In this document: piece after piece, positions 51,142-62,300 of the stretch
Layout: every line of letters begins with the position of its first letter
Position numbering within the stretch: position 1 is the stretch's first letter
NCBI GenBank assembly: GCA_052279835.1
Contig: CP181291.1
Location: 4,448,001-4,512,000, forward strand
Source: Microcoleus sp.
GTDB lineage: Bacteria; Cyanobacteriota; Cyanobacteriia; Cyanobacteriales; Microcoleaceae
Reading direction: 5' to 3'
DNA: 64,000 bases
The notes under the pieces: generated by a model
Databases searched by the model: none
What the model was told of the DNA's origin: nothing
Seen by the model: the letters and a program-made list of their open reading frames with translations, nothing else
Made by a program: the position numbers and the translations under genes

Positions 51142-52911
51142 ATGAGTTACAGAATGGATCGCCGCGCCTACGCGGAAACTTTCGGGCCGACAGTGGGCGA
51201 TCGCGTCAGGTTAGCGGATACTGAATTATTCATTGAAGTTGAACAAGATTTCACAACCTACGGCGATGAAGTCAAATTTGGTGGAGGCAAAGTCATCCGC
51301 GACGGTATGGGACAATCGCCTATTTCTAATGCTGATGGTGCTGTTGACACGGTAATTACTAATGCTTTAATATTAGATTGGTGGGGAATTGTTAAAGCAG
51401 ATGTTGGGATTAAAGAAGGCAAAATTTACAAGATTGGTAAAGCCGGAAATCCTTATATTCAAGACAGAATAGATATTATTATCGGCCCCGGTACTGAAGT
51501 AATTGCGGGGGAAGGCATGATTCTTACCGCTGGGGGAATCGACACTCACATTCACTTTATTTGTCCGCAACAAATTGAAGTGGCGATCGCCTCTGGCATC
51601 ACTACCATGATCGGCGGTGGCACAGGCCCTGCAACGGGTACAAACGCCACAACCTGCACTCCCGGCCCTTGGCATATGTCCCGAATGCTGCAAGCTGCGG
51701 ACGCTTTCCCCGTCAATCTAGGATTTTTAGGTAAAGGAAATACCAGTCAACCCCAAGCATTAATTGAACAAGTATTGGCCGGTGCCATGGGTTTAAAATT
51801 GCACGAAGATTGGGGAACTACACCAGCAACAATTGATACTTGTTTAAGTGTCGCTGACGAGTACGATGTGCAAGTTGCAATTCACACCGATACTCTCAAT
51901 GAAGCGGGATTTGTGGAAGCGACAATTGCGGCTTTCAAAAATCGGGCAATTCATACTTATCACACTGAAGGTGCCGGAGGCGGACACGCCCCGGATATTA
52001 TTAAAGTTTGCGGCCAAGCTAATGTTTTGCCCTCGTCAACTAACCCAACTCGCCCTTATACTGTCAACACTTTGGAAGAACATTTAGATATGTTGATGGT
52101 GTGTCACCATTTGGATAGAAGTATTCCTGAAGATGTGGCTTTTGCTGAATCGAGAATTAGAAGAGAAACGATTGCTGCTGAGGATATCTTGCATGATTTA
52201 GGCGCTTTTAGTATGATTTCTTCGGATTCCCAGGCGATGGGAAGGGTTGGGGAAGTGATTATTCGGACTTGGCAAAGTGCTCATAAAATGAAAGTGCAGC
52301 GTGGTAATTTACCCCCCCTAACCCCCCCTTATCAAGGGGGGGGATCTGAAATAACTCCCCCTTATCAATGGGGGGGAATGGAGGGAGAAAATGATAATTT
52401 TCGGGCTAAGCGGTATATTGCAAAATACACGATTAATCCGGCGATTACTCATGGAATTAGTCAGTATGTTGGTTCCATTGAAGAGGGGAAATTGGCGGAT
52501 TTGTGTTTGTGGCGGCCGGCATTTTTTGGGGTGAAACCGGAGATGGTGATTAAGGGTGGTGCGATCGCCTATTCGCAGATGGGAGATGCTAACGCCAGCA
52601 TTCCCACGCCGCAGCCGGTGCATATGCGGCCGATGTTTGGGAGTTTTGGTGGTGCGATCGGCGCAACTTGTCTGACGTTTGTTTCTCAGGCTGCGTGCGA
52701 TCGAGATATTGCCGCACAGCTAGGTTTACAAAAGCCAACAGTAGCAGTTTCCGGCACGCGACAAATTACTAAAAGAGACATGAAACTCAACGATTATTTG
52801 CCACAAATGGAAGTCGATCCAGAAACCTATGAAGTGAGGGCGGATGGAGAATTGCTGATTTGCGAACCTGCAAATATTTTACCAATGGCGCAGAGATATT
52901 TTCTGTTTTAA
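51142..52911 (+). CDS. ureC: Urease subunit alpha
   Basis: [33 protein letters not shown] and [10 protein letters not shown]. Confidence 0.99.
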   Translation: MSYRMDRRAYAETFGPTVGDRVRLADTELFIEVEQDFTTYGDEVKFGGGKVIRDGMGQSPISNADGAVDTVITNALILDWWGIVKADVGIKEGKIYKIGKAGNPYIQDRIDIIIGPGTEVIAGEGMILTAGGIDTHIHFICPQQIEVAIASGITTMIGGGTGPATGTNATTCTPGPWHMSRMLQAADAFPVNLGFLGKGNTSQPQALIEQVLAGAMGLKLHEDWGTTPATIDTCLSVADEYDVQVAIHTDTLNEAGFVEATIAAFKNRAIHTYHTEGAGGGHAPDIIKVCGQANVLPSSTNPTRPYTVNTLEEHLDMLMVCHHLDRSIPEDVAFAESRIRRETIAAEDILHDLGAFSMISSDSQAMGRVGEVIIRTWQSAHKMKVQRGNLPPLTPPYQGGGSEITPPYQWGGMEGENDNFRAKRYIAKYTINPAITHGISQYVGSIEEGKLADLCLWRPAFFGVKPEMVIKGGAIAYSQMGDANASIPTPQPVHMRPMFGSFGGAIGATCLTFVSQAACDRDIAAQLGLQKPTVAVSGTRQITKRDMKLNDYLPQMEVDPETYEVRADGELLICEPANILPMAQRYFLF

Positions 52912-52925
52912 GCCCATTATCCAAT

Positions 52926-53292
52926 CATGTAGGGGCGGGTTTTACCAACAATATTTGTCACAAACCGACAATCTCAAAAACCCGCCCCCACCTATTGTAA
53001 GGCCATTATAAAATCATGTAGGGGCGGGTTTTACCCCATAGGTGTCAACTTAACCTCAAACCCTGTCAGAGATAGCTGTTTGACTATTAAACTTAGATCC
53101 CCCCTAGCCCCCCTTAGGTCGGGGGGAACAAGAACTTGCTCAAAGTCCCCCTTCTTAAGGGGGATGCGAGGGGGATCTAGACTTGTCGTAAAACCCATAT
53201 TTCTCCAAGGTTTGGGCCTTAAGTTGACACCAATGGTTTTACCCACAATCTTTGTCACAAACCGACAATCTCAAAAAACCCACCCCCACCCA
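52926..53292. repeat. Two tandem REP-like units GTAGGGGCGGGTT...AACCCGCCCCCAC, the second split by a MITE
   Basis: Unit 1 at about 52926-52992; unit 2 at about 53015-53036 plus 53236-53292, sharing TTTGTCACAAACCGACAATCTCAAAAA. Confidence 0.8.
53037..53235. mobile_element. 199-bp MITE with 17-bp TIRs and a 9-bp target duplication
   Basis: CATAGGTGTCAACTTAA ... TTAAGTTGACACCAATG, flanked by GTTTTACCC at 53028-53036 and 53236-53244. Confidence 0.88.
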
Positions 53293-53297
53293 ACGGC

Positions 53298-54626
53298 TCA
53301 TTTTAAATTTAACCAATCTTGAATTTCTTGAGCTAACCAAGCCGCCTCAATCTCTTTCAAATAGTTCGCTAAAACATAATAATAAGTTCCTGTATGGTTG
53401 CCGCAACGAATCTTGATTTGATATCCTACAGAAGTATCGTATAGAAAAACACCCAGAATCTGCGACTTTTCCCCAGTTTGTCGCCAGAAATTCCAGCCAA
53501 ATATGTGATATTTTATTGCCAACTCGTCCTGGTTAAATTTAATGTAAGTTACCACCAAATAGCTAAGTAACAGACATATTATCATCGCAGAAATTACTAA
53601 AAGTCCGAATATTTCTGTGACTGAAAATGTTATAATTGTCACTCCCAAAATTCCGAGAAGACATATTCCTAGAAAAGTAGAGAAAAAAGGCTTTCTGACT
53701 AAGATAGATGGAACTTTAATGTTTAACTCCGTTGCTGATTTACTCACTTCAATGCGACAGCGAGGCGGTTTACCAATTTTCCTAACATCCACACTCCCAT
53801 CGTCAGCCCGTTGGATATTTCCCGATTTCAAAGCTGAAGCCGCGTCTCTAGCTTTACTGAAACGCTTTTCTAACCCGATTTCCGTCATCTTCTCAATCCA
53901 GCTTACCAAACTGGGATTCACACTCACGCGATCGCTAAACTGAATCCGAGAATCTTTCTGTGGTAAATCCGCTGGACTCATCCCCGTTAACAAATGAATT
54001 AAAGTACCTCCCAAAGCATACAAATCCGAAGCTGGAACCGCCCGCCCCCAAAACTGTTCTAACGGTGCATAGCCACTCGTTCCCACCACTGTAAACGTTA
54101 CGCCTGTCACCGCAGCTTGAGCTTGCACCGCCCCAAAATCTACTAGATAAATGTGGTTATCATCGCCCAAAATTAAATTACTCGGCTTAATATCTCGGTG
54201 CAACACAGGCGGACTCAATTCATGCAAATAAATTAAAATTTCCAGCACTTCAGCGGAAATTATTCGCACTTTTTTCTCAGAAAATCGCTGACCTTTTTCT
54301 AATAATTCCTGAAGGGAAAAACCAGGAATATAATCTTGCACTAACCCAAACCAAGGCAATCCCGATCCTGTTTCTCGCTCCAGGGAAAAATAATCTCGAT
54401 AGCAAGGAATGCGAGGATGATTTAGCGCCTGCAAGACTTGCGCTTCTCTTTCAAAGAGCTTGAGTTCTTCCCAGTGCATTTCCGGGCTAAAAGCTAACAT
54501 TTTCAGCGTCACTTCTTCTTGAGACTCTAAATCTACTGCTAGCCAAGTTTGATGACCGGCGGCCGTGCGTCCTAAACGCTGTTGCAATTGATAACGTTCT
54601 TGTAAAATTTTCCCTGTCTCTAACAC
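53298..54626 (-). CDS. Ser/Thr protein kinase with C-terminal membrane segments
   Basis: HRDIKPSN, DFG, GTSGYAPLE and SDLYALG. Confidence 0.95.
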   Translation of the reverse strand: MLETGKILQERYQLQQRLGRTAAGHQTWLAVDLESQEEVTLKMLAFSPEMHWEELKLFEREAQVLQALNHPRIPCYRDYFSLERETGSGLPWFGLVQDYIPGFSLQELLEKGQRFSEKKVRIISAEVLEILIYLHELSPPVLHRDIKPSNLILGDDNHIYLVDFGAVQAQAAVTGVTFTVVGTSGYAPLEQFWGRAVPASDLYALGGTLIHLLTGMSPADLPQKDSRIQFSDRVSVNPSLVSWIEKMTEIGLEKRFSKARDAASALKSGNIQRADDGSVDVRKIGKPPRCRIEVSKSATELNIKVPSILVRKPFFSTFLGICLLGILGVTIITFSVTEIFGLLVISAMIICLLLSYLVVTYIKFNQDELAIKYHIFGWNFWRQTGEKSQILGVFLYDTSVGYQIKIRCGNHTGTYYYVLANYLKEIEAAWLAQEIQDWLNLK

Positions 54627-54721
54627 AGCATTGCCCTCTTTTTTTTTATTCTCCCAAATTGCCTCAACTATATTTCTTAAATAAGTCTTGATAGAGCTGG
54701 CTTACTTTAACATCAAACTCT

Positions 54722-54786
54722 CCAATTCCCAATTCCCCATTCCCAATTCCCGATGCCAATTCCCAATTCCCCATTCCCAATTCCCC
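54722..54786 (+). repeat. STRR-like heptamer tandem repeat CCC(A/C)ATT
   Basis: About nine imperfect heptamers. Confidence 0.8.
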
Positions 54787-54791
54787 AAAAT

Positions 54792-55787
54792 TTACCCATT
54801 AATTTCTCCATTTGGCATGATTGTACCCCGAAACTTCGCCCCGGCTAAATTAACAGTGATCAAATCTACCCTCATCAAACTTGTGCGATGTAAAATTACA
54901 TCCCGTAAATCAGTTTTAGCCATGTAAGTATCAGTCAAATCGGCTTCAGTTAAATTAGCCTGATTGAAATTAGCACGACTCAAATCAGCCCTCACCAAAT
55001 TAGCCCGACTCAAATCCGCCATAATTAAACTAGCATTGTTCAATTTAACATCAGGAAGAAAAGCACCCTGTAAGTTAGCGCCTGCGAATTCAGCATCGAT
55101 TAATATAGCCCTTTCTAATTTGGCATTTCTCATTACAGCCCAGGAAAAATTTGCCTCAGTCAAATTTGTATCAGTCAAAAATACATTGTCCAAAATAGCT
55201 TCGCTCAAATTTGCTTGACTCAAATTTGCCTCTCGGAGAGAAGCTTCAGTCAAATTGGCTCGACTTAAATCTGCTTTAGTCAAATCAGCACCCTGTAAAT
55301 TGACTCCGCGCAAATCGGCACCTTGCAAATTTGCACCCCGCAAATTTGCTCCATCAAAAATTCGCTGCTCCTTCCGCAAATTGGCACCCCGCAAGCACGC
55401 ACCGCGCATATCTGCACCTTGCAAATTGACACCTCGCATATCCGCGTCAGTCAAATTTGCATCGATTAAGATAGCCAAACATATGTTGGCTCTGCGAAAG
55501 TCAGCATTTTGTAAAGTAGCTCCGTGAAAGTCGGCATCGGACAAATTTGCTGAACTTAAATTTGCCTGATTCAAGTTAGCACCGCCAAATTTTACCTTGG
55601 TTAAATTTGCACGTTGAAGGTTAATTCTACTCAGATATGCCATTGCTAAGTTTGCACCCGATAAGTCTGCACTGCTTAAATTTACGCCTATTAAATCGGC
55701 ACCACTTAGATAGACACCTCTCAGATTCATGCCTTCAAAATCAATTTCACCTGATGTATATCGTCTTAATAATTCGCTAGCATTCAT
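54792..55787 (-). CDS. Pentapeptide repeat protein
   Basis: ELLRRY N-terminus and continuous A(N/D)Lxx repeats. Confidence 0.95.
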   Translation of the reverse strand: MNASELLRRYTSGEIDFEGMNLRGVYLSGADLIGVNLSSADLSGANLAMAYLSRINLQRANLTKVKFGGANLNQANLSSANLSDADFHGATLQNADFRRANICLAILIDANLTDADMRGVNLQGADMRGACLRGANLRKEQRIFDGANLRGANLQGADLRGVNLQGADLTKADLSRANLTEASLREANLSQANLSEAILDNVFLTDTNLTEANFSWAVMRNAKLERAILIDAEFAGANLQGAFLPDVKLNNASLIMADLSRANLVRADLSRANFNQANLTEADLTDTYMAKTDLRDVILHRTSLMRVDLITVNLAGAKFRGTIMPNGEING

Positions 55788-55902
55788 AGTTGGTGCTGGT
55801 TAATTGAGGGACTAAAATCTGGTAGTTTTGTATTTCGGAACTAGGATTTTTTACGGGCAATTTTAGTGAATGTATGCGGGGAATTCTTGGGAGATTTTAT
55901 GG

Positions 55903-57600
55903 CTAATTCATTTTAGTGACAAAATCTTGAGTCCAGACTATAGTTTTGTTACCTAGCTGTCGCCCGTGAATTTTTACTTTAGGGAGAAACTTAGATTTTA
56001 AAGTACAGAGTTTTTTGTAAATATAGGTGGCGGTATTTTGTTGATTTGGTGCGCTGGGGGCAGATTCCAAAATGATGTGGAGCCAACCGTCTTTAAATCC
56101 CGCTGTAGCGGTAATTCCTTGAGGCTGTAGCAGTTGATTGATTAAGGTGGCGATCGCCTTGGGATTTCCTTGTCTTGCCATTTCCAGTAGCTGCTGCTGG
56201 CTGGGTCTTTGGCTAGATTTATTTGATTCTGGTTGCGAAACATTACCATCAAAATTGTCTGCTATTTCAGCCGGAAATTGTCCCCTTTCTTTTGACTCTA
56301 AATCGCTCAAAATTTTCATTAACTTGTAGGTAAATTCCTGGACTTCTCCTACATAATCTCTGAGAATTTTATATTTCCAGTACAATCGCTCTTCTACACT
56401 TTCTGTTGAAAACTGTCGATTCAGAGCCGATTCTAAATCACTGAATATATTTTCTATTTTGGCAGTGGCGGAGTTAGCACTTTGAATTACTAAGGATTTA
56501 ATTTCTTCTTCTAAGCCCAATTTCTGCTTGATAGATTCGCTAATATTTATACTATTCTCAGGGGAAATATAACTTCCCGCAGTAGCCTGATTTTCTTCAG
56601 CCGATGAAGTCTTTTTCAATTCCTGTTGAAAATTAATCGGCGAATTATTAGTGTTGATTTCGGTTTGCTGAACAGGTGAATTTTCTCCCGTTCCGGTCAC
56701 GAAGTAACTATCCGGGGAGTTAGAAGCATACTGAATGGGAGAAGATTCAATCATGTGAGTAATATCGCCAGCTTCAAAATAATCTTTTGTGCCGTTACTC
56801 TGCTTGTTGTCTTCATAAATATTATTTATTAAGTGCGTCTGATCGTAATCTTCTCCCGCCACCTCTTCACTAGAAATATTTGGTGATTCAGGTTCTATTT
56901 TGGCGTAACAAGGATTCATCGCTTGGATAATGACGCTAGCTGTTTGGTCATTTTCATCTGTGTTTTCCAGAGTGCTCGCCGTTCTGTACAATTGAGATTC
57001 GAGTTCTCCTAGGGTGGGACAGACGTTAAACAGTTGTCGCAGCAGGGTATCTAGTTCTTGGCTTTTCAGCAGCAACCAGTCGCGATCGCTAAAAGTAAAT
57101 TCGTGATAAAGAGTCGAAAAAATTAGTATTTTCGCCCTCAGCGGATTTGTTTGCTGCAATATTTTTTGTCTGACATCAAATAAAAATCCGGGGTTTCTTT
57201 CTGTTTCGTTGCTACCTGGGATTTCCGAACTAAATTCCTCTTGAAATGGGGGCGGACTCTCACCGCCAAATCTAGATATGTTTGTTTCTAAATTGGTCAA
57301 GTCTTCAAATTCATACAGCCTACTCAGTTGACAGATGATTAGGTCTGCTACTAAAGCGTACTCTGCTTTTTTGTTGACTTTAGAAACTATAATATTTAAA
57401 ACTGTCTCAATATCTTCTAAATTGCTATATTTGGTACATAATTCTTGGAGCAGAATACCTAAATCTGTGTCACCTAATTTTCCGACATCGTTTTCCCAGA
57501 ATTCTTTACAAGCAAAAAATATTATTCTTTTAATCCGCGAGATATTGACATCTTGTTCCAACTCGCGAACAACCTCATCTAAGATAGATAAAGGTTTCAT
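55903..57600 (-). CDS. Conserved hypothetical protein
   Basis: 565-aa ORF with two similar N-terminal helical units and a C-terminal ARQGNPKAIA domain seen in cyanobacterial proteins. Confidence 0.75.
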   Translation of the reverse strand: MKPLSILDEVVRELEQDVNISRIKRIIFFACKEFWENDVGKLGDTDLGILLQELCTKYSNLEDIETVLNIIVSKVNKKAEYALVADLIICQLSRLYEFEDLTNLETNISRFGGESPPPFQEEFSSEIPGSNETERNPGFLFDVRQKILQQTNPLRAKILIFSTLYHEFTFSDRDWLLLKSQELDTLLRQLFNVCPTLGELESQLYRTASTLENTDENDQTASVIIQAMNPCYAKIEPESPNISSEEVAGEDYDQTHLINNIYEDNKQSNGTKDYFEAGDITHMIESSPIQYASNSPDSYFVTGTGENSPVQQTEINTNNSPINFQQELKKTSSAEENQATAGSYISPENSINISESIKQKLGLEEEIKSLVIQSANSATAKIENIFSDLESALNRQFSTESVEERLYWKYKILRDYVGEVQEFTYKLMKILSDLESKERGQFPAEIADNFDGNVSQPESNKSSQRPSQQQLLEMARQGNPKAIATLINQLLQPQGITATAGFKDGWLHIILESAPSAPNQQNTATYIYKKLCTLKSKFLPKVKIHGRQLGNKTIVWTQDFVTKMN

Positions 57601-57671
57601 AGTTTTCTACCTCCAAAAAATACCCTGTCAACAATTACCAAGAAACAATAAAATTATACCACATTTAAAAG

Positions 57672-59171
57672 ATGCCAGACTTTGATGTAATTGTAATTGG
57701 GAGTGGCATTGGCGGCTTAGTCGCGGCATCAATGCTAGCTCGCTACGGTAAGCGGGTACTCGTCTGCGAAAGCCATACCATAGCCGGTGGTGCGGCTCAC
57801 AGTTTTTCGCGCCGGGGATTTCATTTTGATTCGGGACCTTCTTTTTATTGCGGTTTGACTGACCCCCAGTCCCTCAATCCTTTGCGACAAGTATTGGAGA
57901 TTTTGGAGGAATCCATCGCCACAATTCCCTACGACCCCTTGGGCCATTATCATTTTCCAGAGGGAAGTTTGCCGGTTTATGCTAATGGGAAAAAATACTT
58001 AGATGCTGTAGCTGAGTTTACACCAAAAGGTGCGAAGGAATTGCAGCAATTCCAACAAAATTTATTAGTTTTATATGAAGCTTTGCGGGGAATTCCGGCT
58101 GTGGCGCTTAGAGCAGATTGGCAGTTAATACCTCTTTTGCTGTTTCGGTACTGGCCATCTATGCTGAAACTGCTGCCGCTTGTAGGGGTGATAGGAGGTG
58201 CTGCGGGGGTGTTGATGGATAGGGATGTGAGGGACCCTTGGGTGCGGCGTTTGATCGATTTGGAGTGCTTTTTGCTGTCGGGCTTGAAGGCGGAGGGAAC
58301 TGTCGCCCCGGAAATCGCTTTTATGATTGGCGAACGATCGCGCTCAGTTATAGAATATCCCGTCGGTGGCAGTGGTGCGATCGTCGATGCTTTAGTCAGA
58401 GGCTTGCAGCGCTGGGGGGGAAAGTTGCGCCTGGGAACACCAGTCGAGCAAATTTTAGTTGCATCGGGGAGAGCAACAGGTGTTCGCTTGCAAAATGGCG
58501 AAATTATCCGCGCACCAATTACTATCTCCAATGCGACCATCTGGGATACTTATACCAAGTTGCTATCACCAGAAGATTTACCAAAAAATTATCGCCAAAT
58601 TGCCTTATCAACGCCAGCGGTAGAAAGTTTCATGCACCTACATTTAGGTATTAAAGCTGAAGGACTCCATGGTTTGACTGGGCACCACGTCGTTGTCCAT
58701 GACAGCAACATCGATATTACAGTACCCGGAAATACTTGCATGATTTCGATTCCTACGGTTTGGGATGCCAATCTCGCACCGCCGGGACATCACGCCATTC
58801 ATGCTTATACACTGGAACCCTACGAAGGTTGGGAATATGGCGAATTGTATCAACAGAAAAAGCAAGAGCGATCGCAATCTCTGTTCACAGCTTTAGAAAA
58901 AATTATCCCCGATTTGCGGAGGCGAATTGTCCTAGAGTCGATCGGCACACCCCTAACCCACGCCCGATTTTTGCACCGATATCAAGGTACTTATGGGCCG
59001 GGAATCCCCGCCGGAAAAGGCACATTTCCGGGTCCACAAACACCAGTCAAAGGTTTGTATCGAGTAGGAGACAGTACCATGCCCGGAATTGGCGTACCTG
59101 CGGTGGCAGCATCAGGAATTCTGTGCGCGAATACTCTGGTTAATTCCCAGATCACGGCACAATTTTTGTAA
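57672..59171 (+). CDS. FAD-dependent oxidoreductase, phytoene desaturase/carotenoid isomerase (COG1233) family
   Basis: VIGSGIGG, FDSGPS and GDSTMPGIGVPAVAASG. Confidence 0.88.
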   Translation: MPDFDVIVIGSGIGGLVAASMLARYGKRVLVCESHTIAGGAAHSFSRRGFHFDSGPSFYCGLTDPQSLNPLRQVLEILEESIATIPYDPLGHYHFPEGSLPVYANGKKYLDAVAEFTPKGAKELQQFQQNLLVLYEALRGIPAVALRADWQLIPLLLFRYWPSMLKLLPLVGVIGGAAGVLMDRDVRDPWVRRLIDLECFLLSGLKAEGTVAPEIAFMIGERSRSVIEYPVGGSGAIVDALVRGLQRWGGKLRLGTPVEQILVASGRATGVRLQNGEIIRAPITISNATIWDTYTKLLSPEDLPKNYRQIALSTPAVESFMHLHLGIKAEGLHGLTGHHVVVHDSNIDITVPGNTCMISIPTVWDANLAPPGHHAIHAYTLEPYEGWEYGELYQQKKQERSQSLFTALEKIIPDLRRRIVLESIGTPLTHARFLHRYQGTYGPGIPAGKGTFPGPQTPVKGLYRVGDSTMPGIGVPAVAASGILCANTLVNSQITAQFL

Positions 59172-59303
59172 AATTTTGCCCGTCTTAACTCAAGTTTATC
59201 ATCAATAGTAATGGTTATTTGACTACAATCAACACAGTTCGGATTTCAAAAGTTTATTGATGCGCTTTGCGATCGACTAGGATTAGATCCTACTCAAGGG
59301 GTA

Positions 59304-62300
59304 GTGTTCAACTCGCAAAACAAGGGTAAAACAAAAGAAAATGCCATAGTAATACCTATAGGTAGTTGGTTTGAGCGTAAGGAGATTTCTATGGTCGGTA
59401 ATGAGCCTGATGAACAAAATGTACCAGAATCGATCGCACGATCCTTCATGGATGCCGAACCGCAAAACACAGTCGATTCCGCCTTTCCCATCGTTGGGAT
59501 TGCGGCTTCCGCCGGAGGACTAGAAGCATTCACAGAATTACTCCATCACTTACCAACCGATACTGGTATGGCCTTTGTGCTAATTCAGCACTTAGACCCC
59601 AATCACGAAAGTCTGCTGACCGAAATTCTCGCCAGAACCACACAAATGCCAGTCAGTCAGGTGGTTGACGGGACAACTGTAGAGCCGAATCAAGTATACA
59701 TAATTCCGCCCAACACTAAGATGACACTGGCCAGCGGTGTCCTGAAACTCACAGCCCGCGAGAAAATTTATGGCAAATATATGCCGGGAGATGCGTTTCT
59801 GGTGTCCTTGGCGGCCGATCGCGGACCCAAGGCCCTGGCCGTAGTATTATCCGGGGGAGACGGAGATGGTTCCCTGGGGATCAAGGCTATTAAAGCAGCC
59901 GGAGGTGTGACATTTGCTCAATGCGAAGCCTCCGCAAAATTCGATAGTATGCCAAATACCGCAGTGGCTACAGGTAATGTAGACTTCGTTCTCCCCCCTC
60001 AAAAAATTGCCGAGGAACTGGCCAACTTCCGCGCTGATTCCTGGCTTTCTTGCCCGATATCCATCGTCGCAGTTACAGAATCACCCCCAGACAACTATGT
60101 CCGCACCACTATTTTAGGATTGTTGCGATCGACTACAGGGGTTGACTTCACCCACTACAAAACCGCTACGATCGATCGACGCATCCAACGACGAATGGTA
60201 TTGTACAAGCTCAATTCCTTGGCAGATTACGCCCAATATCTGCAAGACCATCCCCCTGAAGTCTATGCCCTATATCAAGAAATCCTGATCCACGTCACCA
60301 GTTTTTTTCGCGATCCAGAAGCCTTTGAACAGCTAAAAGAGCTGGTTTTTCCCACGATTACCGCCAATAAGTCTGCCAAGAATCCCATACGGATTTGGGT
60401 GGCGGGATGTTCCACAGGAGAAGAAGTTTACTCGATCGCCATTTGTTTGTTAGAGTTTTTGGGCGATCGACCTCGCCAGCCACCGATCCAGATTTTTGCC
60501 ACAGATATTAGCGAAGCCGCCATTAGCAAAGCCAGGTCTGGCTTCTATTTAGAAAACCAGATGCTCGACGTTTCACCAGAGCGCCGGAATCGCTTCTTTA
60601 TAGGGGAAGGAGGAGGCTATAAAATCAACAAAACAGTCCGCGAACTCTGTATATTTGCCAGACAAAATTTAGGCAGCGACCCGCCTTTTTCCAATCTCGA
60701 TCTAATTAGCTGTCGCAATGTGCTGATTTACCTAGCAGAGCCTTTGCAAAAAAGAGTGATTCCGATTTTTCATTACAGTCTTAACCCCACCGGTTTTCTC
60801 CTGTTAGGCTCTTCTGAAAGTATCGGAAAATTTTCATCTTTGTTTAATTCATTGCACACAAAGTGCAAAATTTATGCTAAAACATTGACGGAAAATAGTC
60901 AGATATTTTCGTTTACGACGAGTGCTTACCCCATAGCTAAAGTAAATAAATCTCAGCCCACTAATGAAAACTATCCAGATGGGTTTGACTTACAGCAATA
61001 CACAGACCAACTAATTTTGAATCGCTACGCCCCAACAGGTGTGGTTGTCAACGAGCAGATGAACATTCTGCAAGTGCGGGGAGATACCAATGCTTACTTG
61101 AGACTGACACCAGGGATTCCCAGCTTAAACTTGCTGACAATGGTAAGGGAAGACTTAGCCATCGAACTTCGTACTGCAATGTATCAGGCACTGATGCAGA
61201 ACGTAGTTGTGAGAAAAGAAGGGATAAATTTGGTTGTGGGCGAGCGATCGAGTTTCGTTAATCTTGAGGTGATTCCCTTCCACCCCGATCGGGCCCAATC
61301 ACGCTACTTTTTGGTTCTATTTGAAGAAGCTTTACTTACTGCGGTTGACCTCAGTACCGTCAATTCTGAGAGCTTGAATCCTGCTGATTTACAGCGCGAG
61401 ATTCTGGAACTGAGACAGGCACTGGCCACCGCGAATGAAGACAAAAATGTGGCTCAAGCGCATCTCCAATCGGTAATTCAGCAGCAGGAAAGTCTCAACC
61501 AAGACATCAAAGTTGCCAACGAAGAAATCTTATCCAGCAACGAGGAACTGCAAAGCACCAACGAGGAACTAGAAACTGCCAAAGAAGAGATTCAAGCCAC
61601 CAACGAGGAACTGATCACCACTAACGAGGAACTTCGCAGTCGAAATATTGAACAACATCATATCAGTAACGACTTGATAAATTTGCTGGGGAGTATCAAT
61701 ATTCCGATTTTAATGGTGGAAAACGATTTAAAAATTAGACGCTTTACGCCGATGGCACAGCAACTTTTTAATCTGATTCCTACAGATATTGGGCGACCTT
61801 TTAGCGATATTCGTTCCCATCTTGATGTTCCTGATTTGTCAGGGATGATTTTGGAGGTGATTGAGACTCTCCAGACGCAGGAACAAGAAGTTCAAACTCT
61901 AGCGGGATATTGGTACATCCTCCGCATTCGTCCTTATCGGACCACGGAAAACCGCATTGATGGTGTGGTAATGGTTTGGATCGATATTGATGCTATGAAA
62001 CGCAGTGCCAAAACCTTAGAGTTAGCCCGAAATTATGCTGAAACCATCGTCGAAACTGTTCCCACACCTTTAGTGGTGCTGGATGCTGATTTATGTGTGA
62101 ATACAGCCAATCGATGTTTCTATGAAACATTTCAGGTTTCATTCCCCGAAACATCAAAAATTTCGCTGTTTGAGTTGGGAAATGGACAATGGAATATCCC
62201 GCAACTGCGATCGATATTAGCAGATATTCTGGTGAGTGATGTTCAGCTTCACAACTTTGAGTTAGAGCACGTATTTGAGCAGATTGGGCAGAAAACTATG

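Noticed and set aside
53031..53322. Short ORFs over the ureC-kinase intergenic region
   Set aside because: They are translations of MITE and REP DNA.
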